32,337 nt of DNA from NCBI GenBank assembly GCA_009602725.1, contig WELB01000017.1, positions 562,599-594,935 on the forward strand, written 5' to 3'. A program made the position numbers and the translations under genes. Positions 11,854 through 23,845 of the stretch are shown here, piece after piece (the stretch's first letter is position 1; each line of letters opens with the position of its first letter). The notes beneath the pieces were generated by a model. The model searched no databases, was not told the origin of the DNA, and was given only the letters and a program-made list of their open reading frames with translations. This DNA is from Spirogloea muscicola (lineage: Eukaryota).

Positions 11854-11854
11854 N

Positions 11855-13822
11855 GACCGCGGGCGGCGACGGCGGCGGCGGCGGCGGCGGCACTGGCGGC
11901 GGCAAAGACGGGGGCGAGGTCATATTCATCCTAGAGAAGGCCTCGCTCGAGGCCGCCAAGGTTGGCAAGGTGCGCATGAGCAACGCCAGGCTTCTGCGAC
12001 CCTCCTTCTTGCCGTGAGCTCTTACTGGGCATGAGACGCTAGCCAGCGGGCCAAGGAGCTGAGGTTGCTTCAGTCGAAGCTCCTGAGCTGCTTCCCAAGT
12101 TGCTGGATCAGGCCGCCGCTTAACTCTCATGCCAAAGGCACTGATGCTGCCGTTGTCATGTGAGCCTGTCCTCAAGAGACGGAGCTTCCTTTGCCGCTTT
12201 ATCATGTCGTAGACGTACCAGCTCCTGAACTGCGACGACCACGCCAACTTCCTTCGAAAGCACAAGCGCGACCCTGCACTGTACCGCCCTGACATTGTGC
12301 ATCAGGTGAGAGCTAACGGCGGTTTGTCGGGCTCTTGGCTTATTTGATCAACTTCATCAGCCCACACAATGCATCCCACAGCATGAGTTACATTGCTGGG
12401 ATGGCCTTAGTGCTGGGAGTTGCCCTCAATCAGCTGGACTATTAAAATTCGTTAAGTTTCTGTCTTCGTGCTCCATGTGAGGAGCTTCTTCTCCTTGGAC
12501 AAGCGGTCTCTGCCCCAGCTGTTTTGACGGAGAGCGCTGTGTACGAGGACCTTCGAAAGCCTGCTCTTGATCAGCTCAGAGGATGTTCTGACATATTTTG
12601 CAACACACTGATGGAGATTAAGTGCACGTGTGGGCAGACACTGTTGTCCATTCTGGACAGCCCTTTGAACAAGGCTGGACATCTTAAGGGACTGTACGTG
12701 CTGACTGATCGCAACGTGCTCATCGAAGTGAATCCTCACATTCGAATACCTCGCACCTTCAAGCGCTTTTGCGGCCTGATGGGTCAGTGACGCCAATTCA
12801 CCCATGCCTTAGCTGTTCTTGTGCCATCACTTCTGAAAACATGTGCAGAAACATCTACATGCTGAACGCCAGGTCGCAAGCTGGCGTCCGGCTCTGCTTG
12901 TACCAAGGCTTACCTTTGAGACCCTTTGACTGGAGCCTGGCGGCTTGTTCTTGTTATTGTGTCAAGCAGTCCAACTGCTCCAAAAGCTTAGCATAAGAGC
13001 AACCAATGGCCCGGACAAGCTCTTACGGGTCGTCAAGCAACCAGTCACCAAGTACTTACCGGTTGGTTGTCGCCGCATAGGTCAGCCCGAAAACCATCTA
13101 TACTTTTTTATGGAATTCCTTTGCTTGGCTGGGCGGTTTGCCCGTACATTTCAACAGAGAAATCTTTGACAGAGTGAGCAGCACTCCAGGTTGTTGATTC
13201 TCAGCAAGGCTTGATCATCATGAGCTGGGCTGTTGGTAGGCTTATCCGTCAGTGCTCCAAAGGTTGTGACCTTGAGAGACTATGTGGCCGCTTGTGGAAA
13301 TGCACCTCTTGTCTTTGTGGTGAGCTTTGAAGTGGATTATGTCCTCCTTGCTTGATATGCAAAAGTCTAGGCCCCAAGATGAAGCCTTGGTATGAAGCTT
13401 GTAGGCGTGCATTACAAGGACTGAGGGTCTCTGCAGCCGCATCTTCATTGTCTTTCAGCAATACAGTTGTCTTTCAGTGGTACAGTTCCAAGCAGCATCT
13501 GATCTAATATCAGTCTGTCATTGTAGGAGTTGACTCGTCAAGGCATGTTGTCGTCCAGGTAGGAACTATGGCCCATGGCAAGATTGAGGCAGATTATACT
13601 GACGACTTTGTGGCAGGTAACGAAAGTGGTTTCCCTCCTCTAGTCATGCATGCAATCGCTTGGTAGGAGGAGGATCTTTTGCTGCTGGAGAGAGAAGAGG
13701 GGCTGGGCTAACATCTGCTTGTGCATTGGTGCCATACTGCAGTCTCGGAGTACCCTCTAAGTGCAGCCTGTTGCGTCGGTCGCATATGCAATGCACTGGA
13801 GCTTAAGTATGGCATTCTTTGA
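11855..13822 (+). CDS. EMG1: EMG1/NEP1 18S rRNA pseudouridine N1-methyltransferase (SPOUT family); 5'-partial
   Basis: Exons <11855-11969, 12213-12305, 12638-12782, 12970-13080, 13240-13319, 13559-13616 and 13743-13822 give [31 protein letters not shown]...[22 protein letters not shown]...[28 protein letters not shown]...VGTMAHG...[25 protein letters not shown]. The start codon is lost at the N at 11854. Confidence 0.96.
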
Positions 13823-14396
13823 TTTAGTTATCGAATGTCAAAATTTAGCGTGTCATCTGAGGACAGACCCGACCTGTACAAAGTAGGGACAGGCCTCCCC
13901 ATTCAATTTATTCATTTGCTTACACAGCTTAACATTCTCTCGAGTGCATAGTCATTAAAAAGTCAGCCTAGCAATGTGGCATGTCAGTCAGGTGTGGTCA
14001 TTATGGCGGGTTGAAGGAGGGGCTCATTTATAGGAACTCCTCCTTTGTGTGCTACATGGGTGATGCTTTGAAGATCGCAATGGCCCTCTCTGTTTGCGCT
14101 TGCATGGGAAGCTTGGAGCTCGAAATCAGAGACTCTTCAGGTTGCCACTCTCTCCAAGCCGGCAGTCAATGCGGCCCCATGCTGTCCATCAGTGGCTAGG
14201 AGCTGCTTCAGTTGCTGCTGTCAGGTGCTAGCAGAACTAGACAAGGAAATGCGACGAAGGGCAAAGCGGCTGTGAGAGAGCCAGCCTAGTGTGTACAACA
14301 AATGATTTTGAGGCGATGACAGCGCGAGGCCTGCACAAAGTGCAAAGACACGTCTGCTCGCCTTGACTTCTGTATTTGGACGCCAAGAGACTCTGA

Positions 14397-14895
14397 TCAA
14401 TAATCTAAATCGCAGTGACTAAAGGGCGGAGAAGCGTCGCTCTGTCGAAAGCTGGAGGCAGCAGCCAAGGGGCGGCCTGCACGCAAGTGCATGGCAATTT
14501 TTGAGGACCGCTGCAGAAAGTTGCAAGGAGCATTCTGAACACGTGAACGAGCGAAGAAAGGCCCGGGCTGATGAGAGCGAGGCTGGCTACCTAGGAAGAT
14601 GTCCGGCGGTGGTGCATGCACAGGGACCGCCGGCCTGGTAAGCAGAAGCTCTTTTAGAAGGAGCTGGTGAATGTGAAAGGCCTAAACAGAGATCTGTCCA
14701 TCAAAAAGGGTGCGTTGGCTGCGGAAAGGCCGGCCCCAAAAAGGAATGAACAAAGTCCAGAGAAGAGAGAAGGCGCGCGGTGCGCATGAAATTATAGCGA
14801 GGCCAATTCAAGCCAACACATTGTTCAGGCAGAAAGTGCAGAAAGTGCAAAGAATGCAGCGCAAAGAATGTGGCTACATGAAATGACGCCCTATA
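14397..14895 (-). mobile_element. Degenerate CRE-like 3' fragments (cluster 2a)
   Basis: Decayed C-terminus (LQRSSKIAMHLRAGRPLAAASSFRQ, ~14400-14540) and diverged copies of both 3'-terminal motifs (~14715-14895, including GAGAAGGCGCGCGGTGCGCATGAAATT). Confidence 0.75.
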
Positions 14896-14898
14896 CTA

Positions 14899-15320
14899 GG
14901 AGGGCCGGAGGTGCCACAAAGCGGGGGGAGCCGTGCTGACGGGGGCCATATCGACTCGACCTGCACCGCTTGTGGAGCTGCTTGAGGAGGGTGAGGAAGC
15001 AGCAATGGCAGGAGGGACGGCGGGTGGGGAAAGGAGGGCCAGAGGTGCCACAGAGCGGGGGGAGCCGTGCTGACGGGGGCCTTGTCGACTCGACCTGTAC
15101 CGCTCGTGGAGATGCTAAGGGGAGGGTGAGGAAGCCGCAATGGCAGAAGGGAGGGCGGGTGGGGGAAAGGAGGGCCGGAGGTGCCGCAGAGCGGGGGGAG
15201 CCGTGCTGACGGGGGCCATGACGACTCGACCTGTACCGCTGGTGGAGCTGCTAGAGGAGGGTGAGGAAGCAGCAATGGCAGGGGGATGGCGGGGGGGGAG
15301 GAGGGCCGGTGGTGCCGCGG
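14899..15320. repeat. G-rich tandem repeat, ~131-136 bp unit, three copies plus a partial fourth
   Basis: Unit starts GGAGGGCC(G/A)G at 14899, 15033, 15169 and 15300. Shared core: AGCGGGGGGAGCCGTGCTGACGGGGGCC...GACTCGACCTG...GAGGGTGAGGAAGC. Confidence 0.93.
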
Positions 15321-15794
15321 CCGCCAAGAGTTGGATGGCTGAAGGGACAGAACCTCGCTCGTACTCAGGCCGTCGCTGCCCGTGAAGAGAGGAGGCGCTT
15401 GGTAGGGGAAGAAGAGCTCGGCTCCCGCCGGGGTAGAGGAGGCCGGGGCGCCCGAGGCCGCCGCCGCGGGGCGTGAAGCGGCGGGAGGAGCAGCTGCCGC
15501 TGGCGCAGGCACGGGGAACTGCTGCCCAGCCGTGGGAGACCGGGGGAACTCGGCAGCGGCGAGGGATCCGGAGGGGGGGGCCCAGGGTCTGCCGCGGCCT
15601 TGAGCGTGGGGCCCCAAGAAGCCCCGGGGCCTGGCGCGGCCAAGAGCTCGTCGGCGCCAGCTCGCCAGCCGGCGGCAGCGGGGGGGGCGAAAGGACCGCC
15701 GCCGCCGCCGCGGCGGGGGGAGGCAAGCGCGGGCGCCCCAACGGTCGGGTTACAAGTCCAGAGGAGCAGCCGATCGAAAAGGGGGTGAGGGCTG

Positions 15795-17835
15795 CGAAGA
15801 AGATGAGCTCGCCCGTAGAAGAGAGAGAGAAGGCGCGCGGGGCGCATGAATTGAAAGGGAGGCCAATTCAATCCAATACATTGTTCAGGCAGAGTCGAGT
15901 GCAGACTAAACAATGCTACATAATACGGAGACCTAATCTAAGGTACCTAAGATGACATTAGTACCCACGGGTGAGCACAAACAAATCTGACAAGCTAACT
16001 TGGGGAGCTGGAGCGCCGCCACGAAAGCCGGAGGCCTGACTTAGAGCGCGCCCTGCACGTTGATGAAGAGCCAATGCTTGCGAGCGCTGCAAACTAAGCG
16101 AGAGCCGCATTNNNNNNNNNNNNNNNNNNNNNNNNNNNNNNNNNNNNNNNNNNNNNNNNNNNNNNNNNNNNNNNNNNNNNNNNNNNNNNNNNNNNNNNNN
16201 NNNNNNNNNNNNNNNNNNNNNNNNNNNNNNNNNNNNNNNNNNNNNNNNNNNNNNNNNNNNNNNNNNNNNNNNNNNNNNNNNNNNNNNNNNNNNNNNNNNN
16301 NNNNNNNNNNNNNNNNNNNNNNNNNNNNNNNNNNNNNNNNNNNNNNNNNNNNNNNNNNNNNNNNNNNNNNNNNNNNNNNNNNNNNNNNNNNNNNNNNNNN
16401 NNNNNNNNNNNNNNNNNNNNNNNNNNNNNNNNNNNNNNNNNNNNNNNNNNNNNNNNNNNNNNNNNNNNNNNNNNNNNNNNNNNNNNNNNNNNNNNNNNNN
16501 NNNNNNNNNNNNNNNNNNNNNNNNNNNNNNNNNNNNNNNNNNNNNNNNNNNNNNNNNNNNNNNNNNNNNNNNNNNNNNNNNNNNNNNNNNNNNNNNNNNN
16601 NNNNNNNNNNNNNNNNNNNNNNNNNNNNNNNNNNNNNNNNNNNNNNNNNNNNNNNNNNNNNNNNNNNNNNNNNNNNNNNNNNNNNNNNNNNNNNNNNNNN
16701 NNNNNNNNNNNNNNNNNNNNNNNNNNNNNNNNNNNNNNNNNNNNNNNNNNNNNNNNNNNNNNNNNNNNNNNNNNNNNNNNNNNNNNNNNNNNNNNNNNNN
16801 NNNNNNNNNNNNNNNNNNNNNNNNNNNNNNNNNNNNNNNNNNNNNNNNNNNNNNNNNNNNNNNNNNNNGGACGAGACCCGGAAGCAGCAACAAGAGCACG
16901 GCCCGCGCGCGAGTGGACGGCATGAGCGAGGGAGCGTTGAAGGGACACGGAGAGCCGCATCCGGAAAACCTGGGCCAGGGAGCCGGCCGCGTTGAAGCCG
17001 GGCAGCCCCCCTGGCGGACCCGGCCGCCGCTCCATGGCCTGCCGGGCAAGCCGCTGGAGGAGATCCAGCCAGCCGCTGCCATAAGCCCCGTGGACGTCTA
17101 CGGCAAGGGCCGCGAACTCATCACCTGGGGGGTGATCGGCATACTTCCGCTCCTTGCCCCGGGCTGCCAAAGCGACCGCATGCCCAGCGGTCGTCGCCGA
17201 CTCGGCTGCGAAGGGCCCAGCCCACACGCGACTGACAGCCCAGAGAAAATGAAGCCTCAACCAAGCATTTGAGGACACTTCCAGTAGAGGGCGACGACTG
17301 TGATGGCCAGCCCAAGAAAGCGTGAACAACCGAGAGAGAAGTCGCGCGGAGCGCATGAAATGAAAGGGAGGCCAATACAAGCCAATACATAGTTCCGGCA
17401 GAGTCTAGTGCAACATAGACAAGGCTTCGTAAAGCGGAGCTCGAAGGGAAGAGGTGGGCGAGGGCTTTCACAGCCCTTGCACCCTCGGGAGATTACCGTA
17501 GCCACTTTAGCATAGGGCTTCATTCGATGGAGCCCCACTTTTTTGCACTAGCTTTGCCTGAACAGTGCACTGCGATAGATTGGCCTCCCTTCCATGTGAT
17601 GAGCACCGCGCGCGTGCTTTACCTGCCTCCGGAAAAGGAATGGAGTGCGTATTGAGCGGTTGGAGAAGAAATTGGCTGTCTCAATGGGGGCAAGGGCTGT
17701 GAAAAGAGAATGAGCTCGCCCATAGAAGAGAGGGCTGGCAGAAGCCAGCCAAAAAGAATGGACAAAATCCAAAGAGCTACAGGAGAATCACTCAGTAACC
17801 TCTGCTAGGCAGCCGCAGGTTGGAGATGCTAAGCC
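15795..17835. mobile_element. Patchwork of CRE-like 3' fragments spanning the N-gap (cluster 2b)
   Basis: Minus 15825-16111: MRLSLSLQRSQALALHQRAG...VLTRGY* plus type-A 3' end. Minus 16869-17212: AARGKERKYADHPPGDEFAALAVDVHGAYGSGWLDLLQRL...RMRLSVSLQRS. Further 3'-end copies at ~17215-17430 (minus), 17548-17620 (plus) and 17685-17835 (minus). Confidence 0.88.
16112..16868. other. Assembly gap (run of N); a second single-N gap is at 11854
   Basis: Seen directly. Both gaps lie within or at the edge of retrotransposon clusters. Confidence 0.99.
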
Positions 17836-17947
17836 AGCCCGAAAGCGGTTGGAGGGGCCGTGAGTGGCCAAGTACAGTGGCAAGCACAGTGACAGAGTGT
17901 ACTACATCCACCTGCCGCGATGCTGACGCTCAGTGACCTCGAGTCGG

Positions 17948-17970
17948 CACGTCAATCGGGCCGCACGTGG
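17948..17970 (+). promoter_or_regulatory. Possible ACGT-core/G-box elements upstream of the USP-domain gene
   Basis: CACGTC (17948-17953) and CACGTGG (17964-17970) lie ~460-480 bp upstream of ATG 18429. The motifs are short and could occur by chance in GC-rich DNA. Confidence 0.2.
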
Positions 17971-18428
17971 GGCTTGAGTGGGCGGGCGTGCTGGGGGGCC
18001 AACCATGCGCATTGATGTGGCGGCCGGGGGGATCGGTTCTCCCACATGCGCGCCGTGCGCCCACGTCCGCCCGCCCGCCCCGTGGATGCCCCGCCGCCCC
18101 GCGCCCCCCCGGCCACCCCCTCCGCGCCCCACTTGTGGCTCCGCTACCCTCGTCGCCAAAACCCATCTGTTTGCAACCTCCATCTGATGCGCAGCTGTCC
18201 ATGTGCTTGCCTTCGTATCTGGCCACTCAGGCCTGCCATCACCATCGGGCTTCCAGCCGGCCCTGTTCATGTCGGCAGCCGCAGCCTCTCTCCTGCTCCT
18301 GCGCTCCTCCCCCACACTGCCTGCCTCCCCCGCCCTCACTCCCACCATTTGCCTCCCGCCGCCGTCGCTGCGCCCGCCCCGCCCCGCTCCTAGCGTTCCC
18401 AAAAACCCCGAATCGCTGCTCTGCCGCC

Positions 18429-20363
18429 ATGAAACTCCTCTTCGACTGCGCCGCCGCCCGGGAGGCCAAGCCCGACACCATCCTGGTCGCCGTCGGCAGC
18501 GACCCGGAAGCCAGCATGACGACCATTCGCTGGGTGCTCACCAACCTCCGCAAGCCGAACGCTCTCATCACGCTGCTCTACGTTGTCAGCAGGGTGCCAG
18601 TCGAAGGTGAGCTGCGGCTGCCTTGCTCCTTGGAGTAGACCTTGGTGAGGATGGTGCCCCTCATTGCTCAAATAGGCAACTTGTGTTGTATCTCAGTAGT
18701 CAATTCGTGCATTGACTACACGGCTCAGCATTCCCAAAGTAGCTTGTTGTTGCACCAACTAAGGCTGCCCTCTGCAAAACTGTCATGCAGTCTCTGGATC
18801 TTGTGCATGCTGGCAAAGCTTGTGCTCATCTGGGTAGTGCCCACCCTTTTGAGCAAATTCTGGCGGTACTAACAGCCCAATTTGTGTACCTGCAGGGAAA
18901 AAGTGGGTGAGAGTAAGCCGTGCAAGACTTGATGGCTTGGGGGAGCACATCCGGAATGTCATTCAACCATATCTGCATCAGCTCAGAACCATCTGTGAGA
19001 AACTTTTTGTAAGCGCCCCCACGCCCTCTTATCTATCTGCCATGAGAACGGTTGAGTCGTCGAACCTTTGCCCCTGCTTACTTGCTACTTGCTATCTTTG
19101 ATCATTCCATTGGCAAGCCACTGTGTACCCTCATTCCCATGAAATCAGCTGCAAGCACTTGTTGACGGAGATTTTGACAATGCATGCCTTGGTCGGCAGA
19201 TTCCGCACGTTGATATCAAGATTGGAATAAACAACGACAAAGGGGAGGGTATTGTGGAGCACATGAAGCTTCAGGAGACCACAAAGCTTGTGCTAAGCAC
19301 ACCAGTTACTTTCATGAGCCACTCCAGCCACCTTCTTTTTGGATCCAGCAATCAACCGACATGGTGAGCTTGTTATGGGCCATCTGCTTTGTAGCAAGTG
19401 CTGCAAGGAGATAAGAGTGCATGTGCAGAGTAACTGTCATCTCTTGGTGCATAGGGGGACCCCATGATGGACCCCATGGGGTCTGGTCAAGGAACAAGCA
19501 ACTTGCGCATGTACATGCTTTTGACTTCATGAGTACTATAAACCAGGTCGCTTGGGCGCTCTGTGGCACACTGCATCAAACATCGCTCCCACACCACATC
19601 AATCTACGTGCTTCAGAATGATCAGCTCTTGTATCACAAAGGGGCAGTCAGTCACAAGGAGACTGTATTAGAGCAATCGGCTGCTGCTGCTGACACGAGT
19701 AGAGAAGGTACCACAATCACAATCAGCATCCATACCCCTTCACCTGTCAGCAGTAGCTTTGTGTGCTGGCTTGGTGTAGGAAATTACATGAATCAGGCAC
19801 GGCTTTCGGCTTTTTGCGATTGGCATGCTGCACTCGCCATAAGAGGAACAGCAGTACAAGTGATCTAACAAGTGTTTTTTTCTCATCTTGCAGACAGTGG
19901 CCTGATTGCCGTACACAATCTCCAGGTGCCTGCTAAGCAAACAACGTGATCCAGCCCTCCCGCCACCTGCCTTTCGTCGTTCCATTTGGAGGAAGGTACT
20001 GGCACTGCTGCTCAGCCACTGTGGGGGGAGTCCTTGACCGCGAAGGCATCTACACTGGAATGGTCACCTCAACCCAGCCTCTTGTCCGGTGTCACGGCCA
20101 GCCTAGCTACTGTGCCGCGGTCAGGCCTTGCTAATACGACCTCTAAGTCCTGCCAGCACCTGCCTCCCTACCGCCTATCCTCTGCGACGACAGTACGCCT
20201 TGCCGCTTCCGAGGGGTCAGTCTGTGCCAGCATAGTTAAGGATGTGGATATGGAGGGCCCGAGGGACGAATTGTGGTATACTCTCAGGCGGAGCATTGAC
20301 ACCCGGCAATCCATCGAAATGAGGCACAGCAAGAGCAGCAAGGGACTAGTCTCATGTAGATGA
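18429..20363 (+). CDS. Universal stress protein (USP/UspA-like) domain protein; ends at TGA 19947-19949 or extends to 20363
   Basis: Exons 18429-18606, 18896-19008, 19200-19363, 19547-19707 and 19894 onward join in frame: DTILVAVGSDPEASMTTIRWVLTNL...ITLLYVV...NDKGEGIVEHM...TKLVL...LGRSVAHCIKH...SIYVLQ, which fits the USP fold pattern. The last exon is uncertain. Confidence 0.78.
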
Positions 20364-21359
20364 GTCCTGAAATCCAGTTTCATCAGAGGTCCAAGGGGCC
20401 TTCCTACATCCAGATCTTCCTGCACCTAGTCGTCAATGTGTTGAGAAGTGCCTCAGCTTGATCACTATGCTCCCTCAAGTTAGGTGCTTGTATAAATTAA
20501 ATTGTTGTAGGAACCACAAAGTCACCCCACATTTGGGGTCAGAATTAAAAAAATTAAGTAAAATCCCCATCACTAGTTTCCTGTACACGACCCTATACTA
20601 CTTGCTCACTCTTACGAGTTACTACATTCACCAGCAATTATCATACCCATAACCTGCACCTGTGAGATATTCCCAGATTCTTTCTTGCTGACACTTACAA
20701 TCTGTAGACATTCCAGCCAGATGTTGATCACTCCTGACACCTGGATTAGAGGATGCCACACCTCGTCGCCGAGGGACCCTTAAGATTGTATTGGAGGTGG
20801 TGCTTCCATGGCCCTAGCCATGTCCACTCTGGCAAATAAGGGCACATCCAGCTTGAGATTCTTTTGCAGAGTCACAATTCTTACTGTAGTGGACAACCAC
20901 CGCATACATGCAAAGGCTTCCTGAATTGATCCTCAAGGCATTGTGTGCAAGTAGTCTGGGTTGTGCAGCTGCAAATGACATTCAATCTTTCCAGTCTTTT
21001 CAACGGATGTGCACCAAGTGCCTGAAGAGCAAGATGTTACTTTGTTGAGCTAGCTTCATGGGCCTGCTAATACCATTATGATGAATGTGAGCATCACTGC
21101 CTGGCCGTGTGGCCAATGTCCACTTGTTTAAGTCAAGCCAGGACTTGTGATGCCAATGAAATGAGGGTCAACAAGAAGTCCTCCATCAACGCAGCAGCCT
21201 CACCCTGCTTTCAAGACCTTACTGTGACTGTGCGCTTGTTGACCTCCTAGCATATAGCAGACCAGCAGTTTTGACATCTTTGATGCCATCGGCATACAGT
21301 CAGTGTGCAGTCTTGGTGAAAGATGTACGTACGTCGTTGAGCTTCAACATATAATGTAC

Positions 21360-23355
21360 CTAATCTAGCTGGAGGATTGCAGCCTGCACATGGAGAGCAT
21401 GCTCCACCTCGGCCCAATCTTTCACACGTCCAATGAGTGGATGCTTTGGCCCACACTCTGTCTTGCTCCACGCATAGTCGAGATTCCAGTCAAAGAGGAG
21501 GGCTCGGATGCCATGCTCAGCACACTCCACCGCATACCTTGGATTGTCATCAATGATTACGTCGATCCCAAGGGACCTGTTTGGAGAAGCCAAAGTGTCA
21601 AAAGGAAGAGCCTGAGCAATACTGCGACTCCTGTCACAGTCCTGCTCAGAGACACTTGACCATAATGCTCACTTCCACAAGATCTAACAATAATCAACAA
21701 GAAGCTGATCACTACGTACATCTTCTCTTAAATGACAATGACACCAAGTCTCACTGCACTGGGCAGCATTGAGACTTGGTGTTACTATGGCCAACTGAGC
21801 AAGTCATTGAGCAATAAGTAAGCAGAGGACATACTTGCAAATGTCTGACTTAGGCCTTGCCACACCCTCCAGAGCAAAGTGATTACCGAAGTGGACAGCA
21901 TCAAATGTCTGGGGGAAGTGTTTATTCAGCCACTCCAGGGTGGGCTGTCTGATCACGTGCTGCCTGGACCTGCCATTGAAGAAGGAGTGGCTGGGTGTCA
22001 CATCTACGCATCTGGAACCAGCTGCGCCTAAAGACCTAGCGAATGATGCGACAAATACCTAGCTCAAGATGCAGCAATGCAGTTTTCATGACAGTAGAGT
22101 GCGCACTGCTTACGTGACAACAGTCAACTGGCAGTAGGACGACAATCTCTGAAGCGCCTCACGCGCGCCAGGAATAGGTGGGATGCCATTGTTGAAGTGG
22201 TCCGACTCAAAGAATGCGTGAACCCGGTGGTTGGCTGCCAATTGCAGACAGAGCTGGCAATCAAAGAGAGCAAAAGCTTGCGTTGCAGAGAATTGCTGAG
22301 CAGAGCAAGACAGTCAATATTTGTTGTTGCAAGAGAGCTGTCTTTTGGCCAGAGCTGTCATTGAGTTACAAATCTAGGGCAACCCACCCTCCGCTTGAGT
22401 GCAGTCCCAGATCTGGCAAACCAGGCCAATTGACAATAGGTGCGCCAAAGGTTTCAGTAAGAAATGGTTATGAAGAGCTGGACTACTACTTCTACATGCC
22501 TTTTGACTCTCAACAGCGGAGAGCTCAAACCAAGGTATCTAAGCTGAGGGTATCTTGCACAATTCAATACAGCGATGCAATTGCAAAATGCAAATGGCCA
22601 GATCTACCAGAGCAGCCTATCGAAGCCAAGTTCTGTTCCTGAAGGGCTCCTTTAAGAAGGACCTAGTTTTTTGTAGCTCACGCAAATGCAGGAATCCCTC
22701 ACCTTCATGAAGTCGTAAACATGGAACTCTGACAGGTCATGCTCAACATTGTAGGCCTCAGCGGTGAATGCATTCAACGTCGACAGGAAGCTCCCAAGCA
22801 CTGCCATCGGGCCACAGCCCACCGAGAGCAGTCAAAACCCCTGACTGATACTGGCCAGCTGGGCTCCGGGCACACCATCCACCGCTCTGGACTGGGCGCT
22901 TGCACACAGGTAGGTACACAGCTCACTGCACGGTCGGAGCTAGGACAGTGGAGGCCAGTCGTGCTGCCGCACCTTCGTCGACGTCCACGGCCACGTGCAG
23001 CTTCCGCGCGGCAGCCGGCTGGTGTCCCGGACGGGACACAACAGCGAACAGGAGCTCGCCGGCCGCGGCCGCCGCGGCACCGGCAGCCTCGTCGGCGCCG
23101 TGCGAGGGGGCGGACGCCGGCGTGTCGGGGCGGGCCGTGAAGGACGACGGCGCCGGCGCGGGGGGCGCCAGGCGCTCGGTGTCGGCGCGCCTCGCAATGG
23201 CGACGGCGGCGCAGAGAGGCTCGAGTCGTGGTGCTGGGACTGAGCCGACGACCCGGCCGCGGCGGCCGTCGCCGCTGCTGCGGCGCGTCGCAGGCGGCTC
23301 TCATCGCCGCCGCCGCCGTCGCGGCCGCTCCGGCGGCCGAGACGCCCCCGCACAT
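21360..23355 (-). CDS. HAD-superfamily 5'(3')-deoxyribonucleotidase (NT5C)-like protein; first exon needs a frameshift to reach an ATG
   Basis: Exons ...-22973, 22800-22703, 22412-22388, 22234-22114, 21969-21835 and 21576-21360 give KLHVAVDVDE|VLGSFL...IPGAREALQRL...VVT|SRQHVI...HFGNHFAL...KSDIC|...IIDDNPRYA...WAEVE, covering HAD motifs I, II and IV. The start is tentative. Confidence 0.9.
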
Positions 23356-23845
23356 CTGGCCAGGAACCCGACGGACTCGATTGCGCAGCCGCCGCCGCCG
23401 CCGGTTGCAACAATGGATTTGTCAATCCGCGCGCATCCGCAGGGGCACTGACGGCTGAGGCCGCCAGCTGCTGCGGGTGCGCCGCGCCGCTCCGGCAGCC
23501 GGATCGAGGGCGCCGCCGCGAATGCCACGGCAGCGGGCCCCCGCCGCCGCCGCCGTCGCCGCCGCCGCCGGCGTCGGAGGGCGGGAGCGGCGGGAGTTGG
23601 TCAGCTGGGCCGCTTTGCGCCTAAGGTGACAGTGTGACGTTAGAACCCACGGTTGAGCACATACAGATTCAAGTCTTTTGTAATCGAGGAGGCGGGCTGG
23701 CACCCCCGTCTCGGACGGACGCCGGGGTCGTTGTCGAGGCGCCTTCTCGACGGGGCCGGTGGCGGCAGTGGCCGGCAACGGGCGGCCGAGCGACGCCAGG
23801 CGGGCGGCCGCAGAGGCGGCTTCTGGTGGCCCGACGCCCGTCAAG

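Noticed and set aside
14874..15955. Pro/Ala/Arg-rich ORFs on both strands
   Set aside because: Expected in very GC-rich repeat DNA; repeat units are not multiples of three.
15958..17380. Long ORFs of 311-428 aa
   Set aside because: Artefacts of translating through the N-gap.
20490..20660. AT-rich patch with a small ACCCCA/TGGGGT hairpin as a transposon end
   Set aside because: Single short palindrome with no partner end or second copy in the window.
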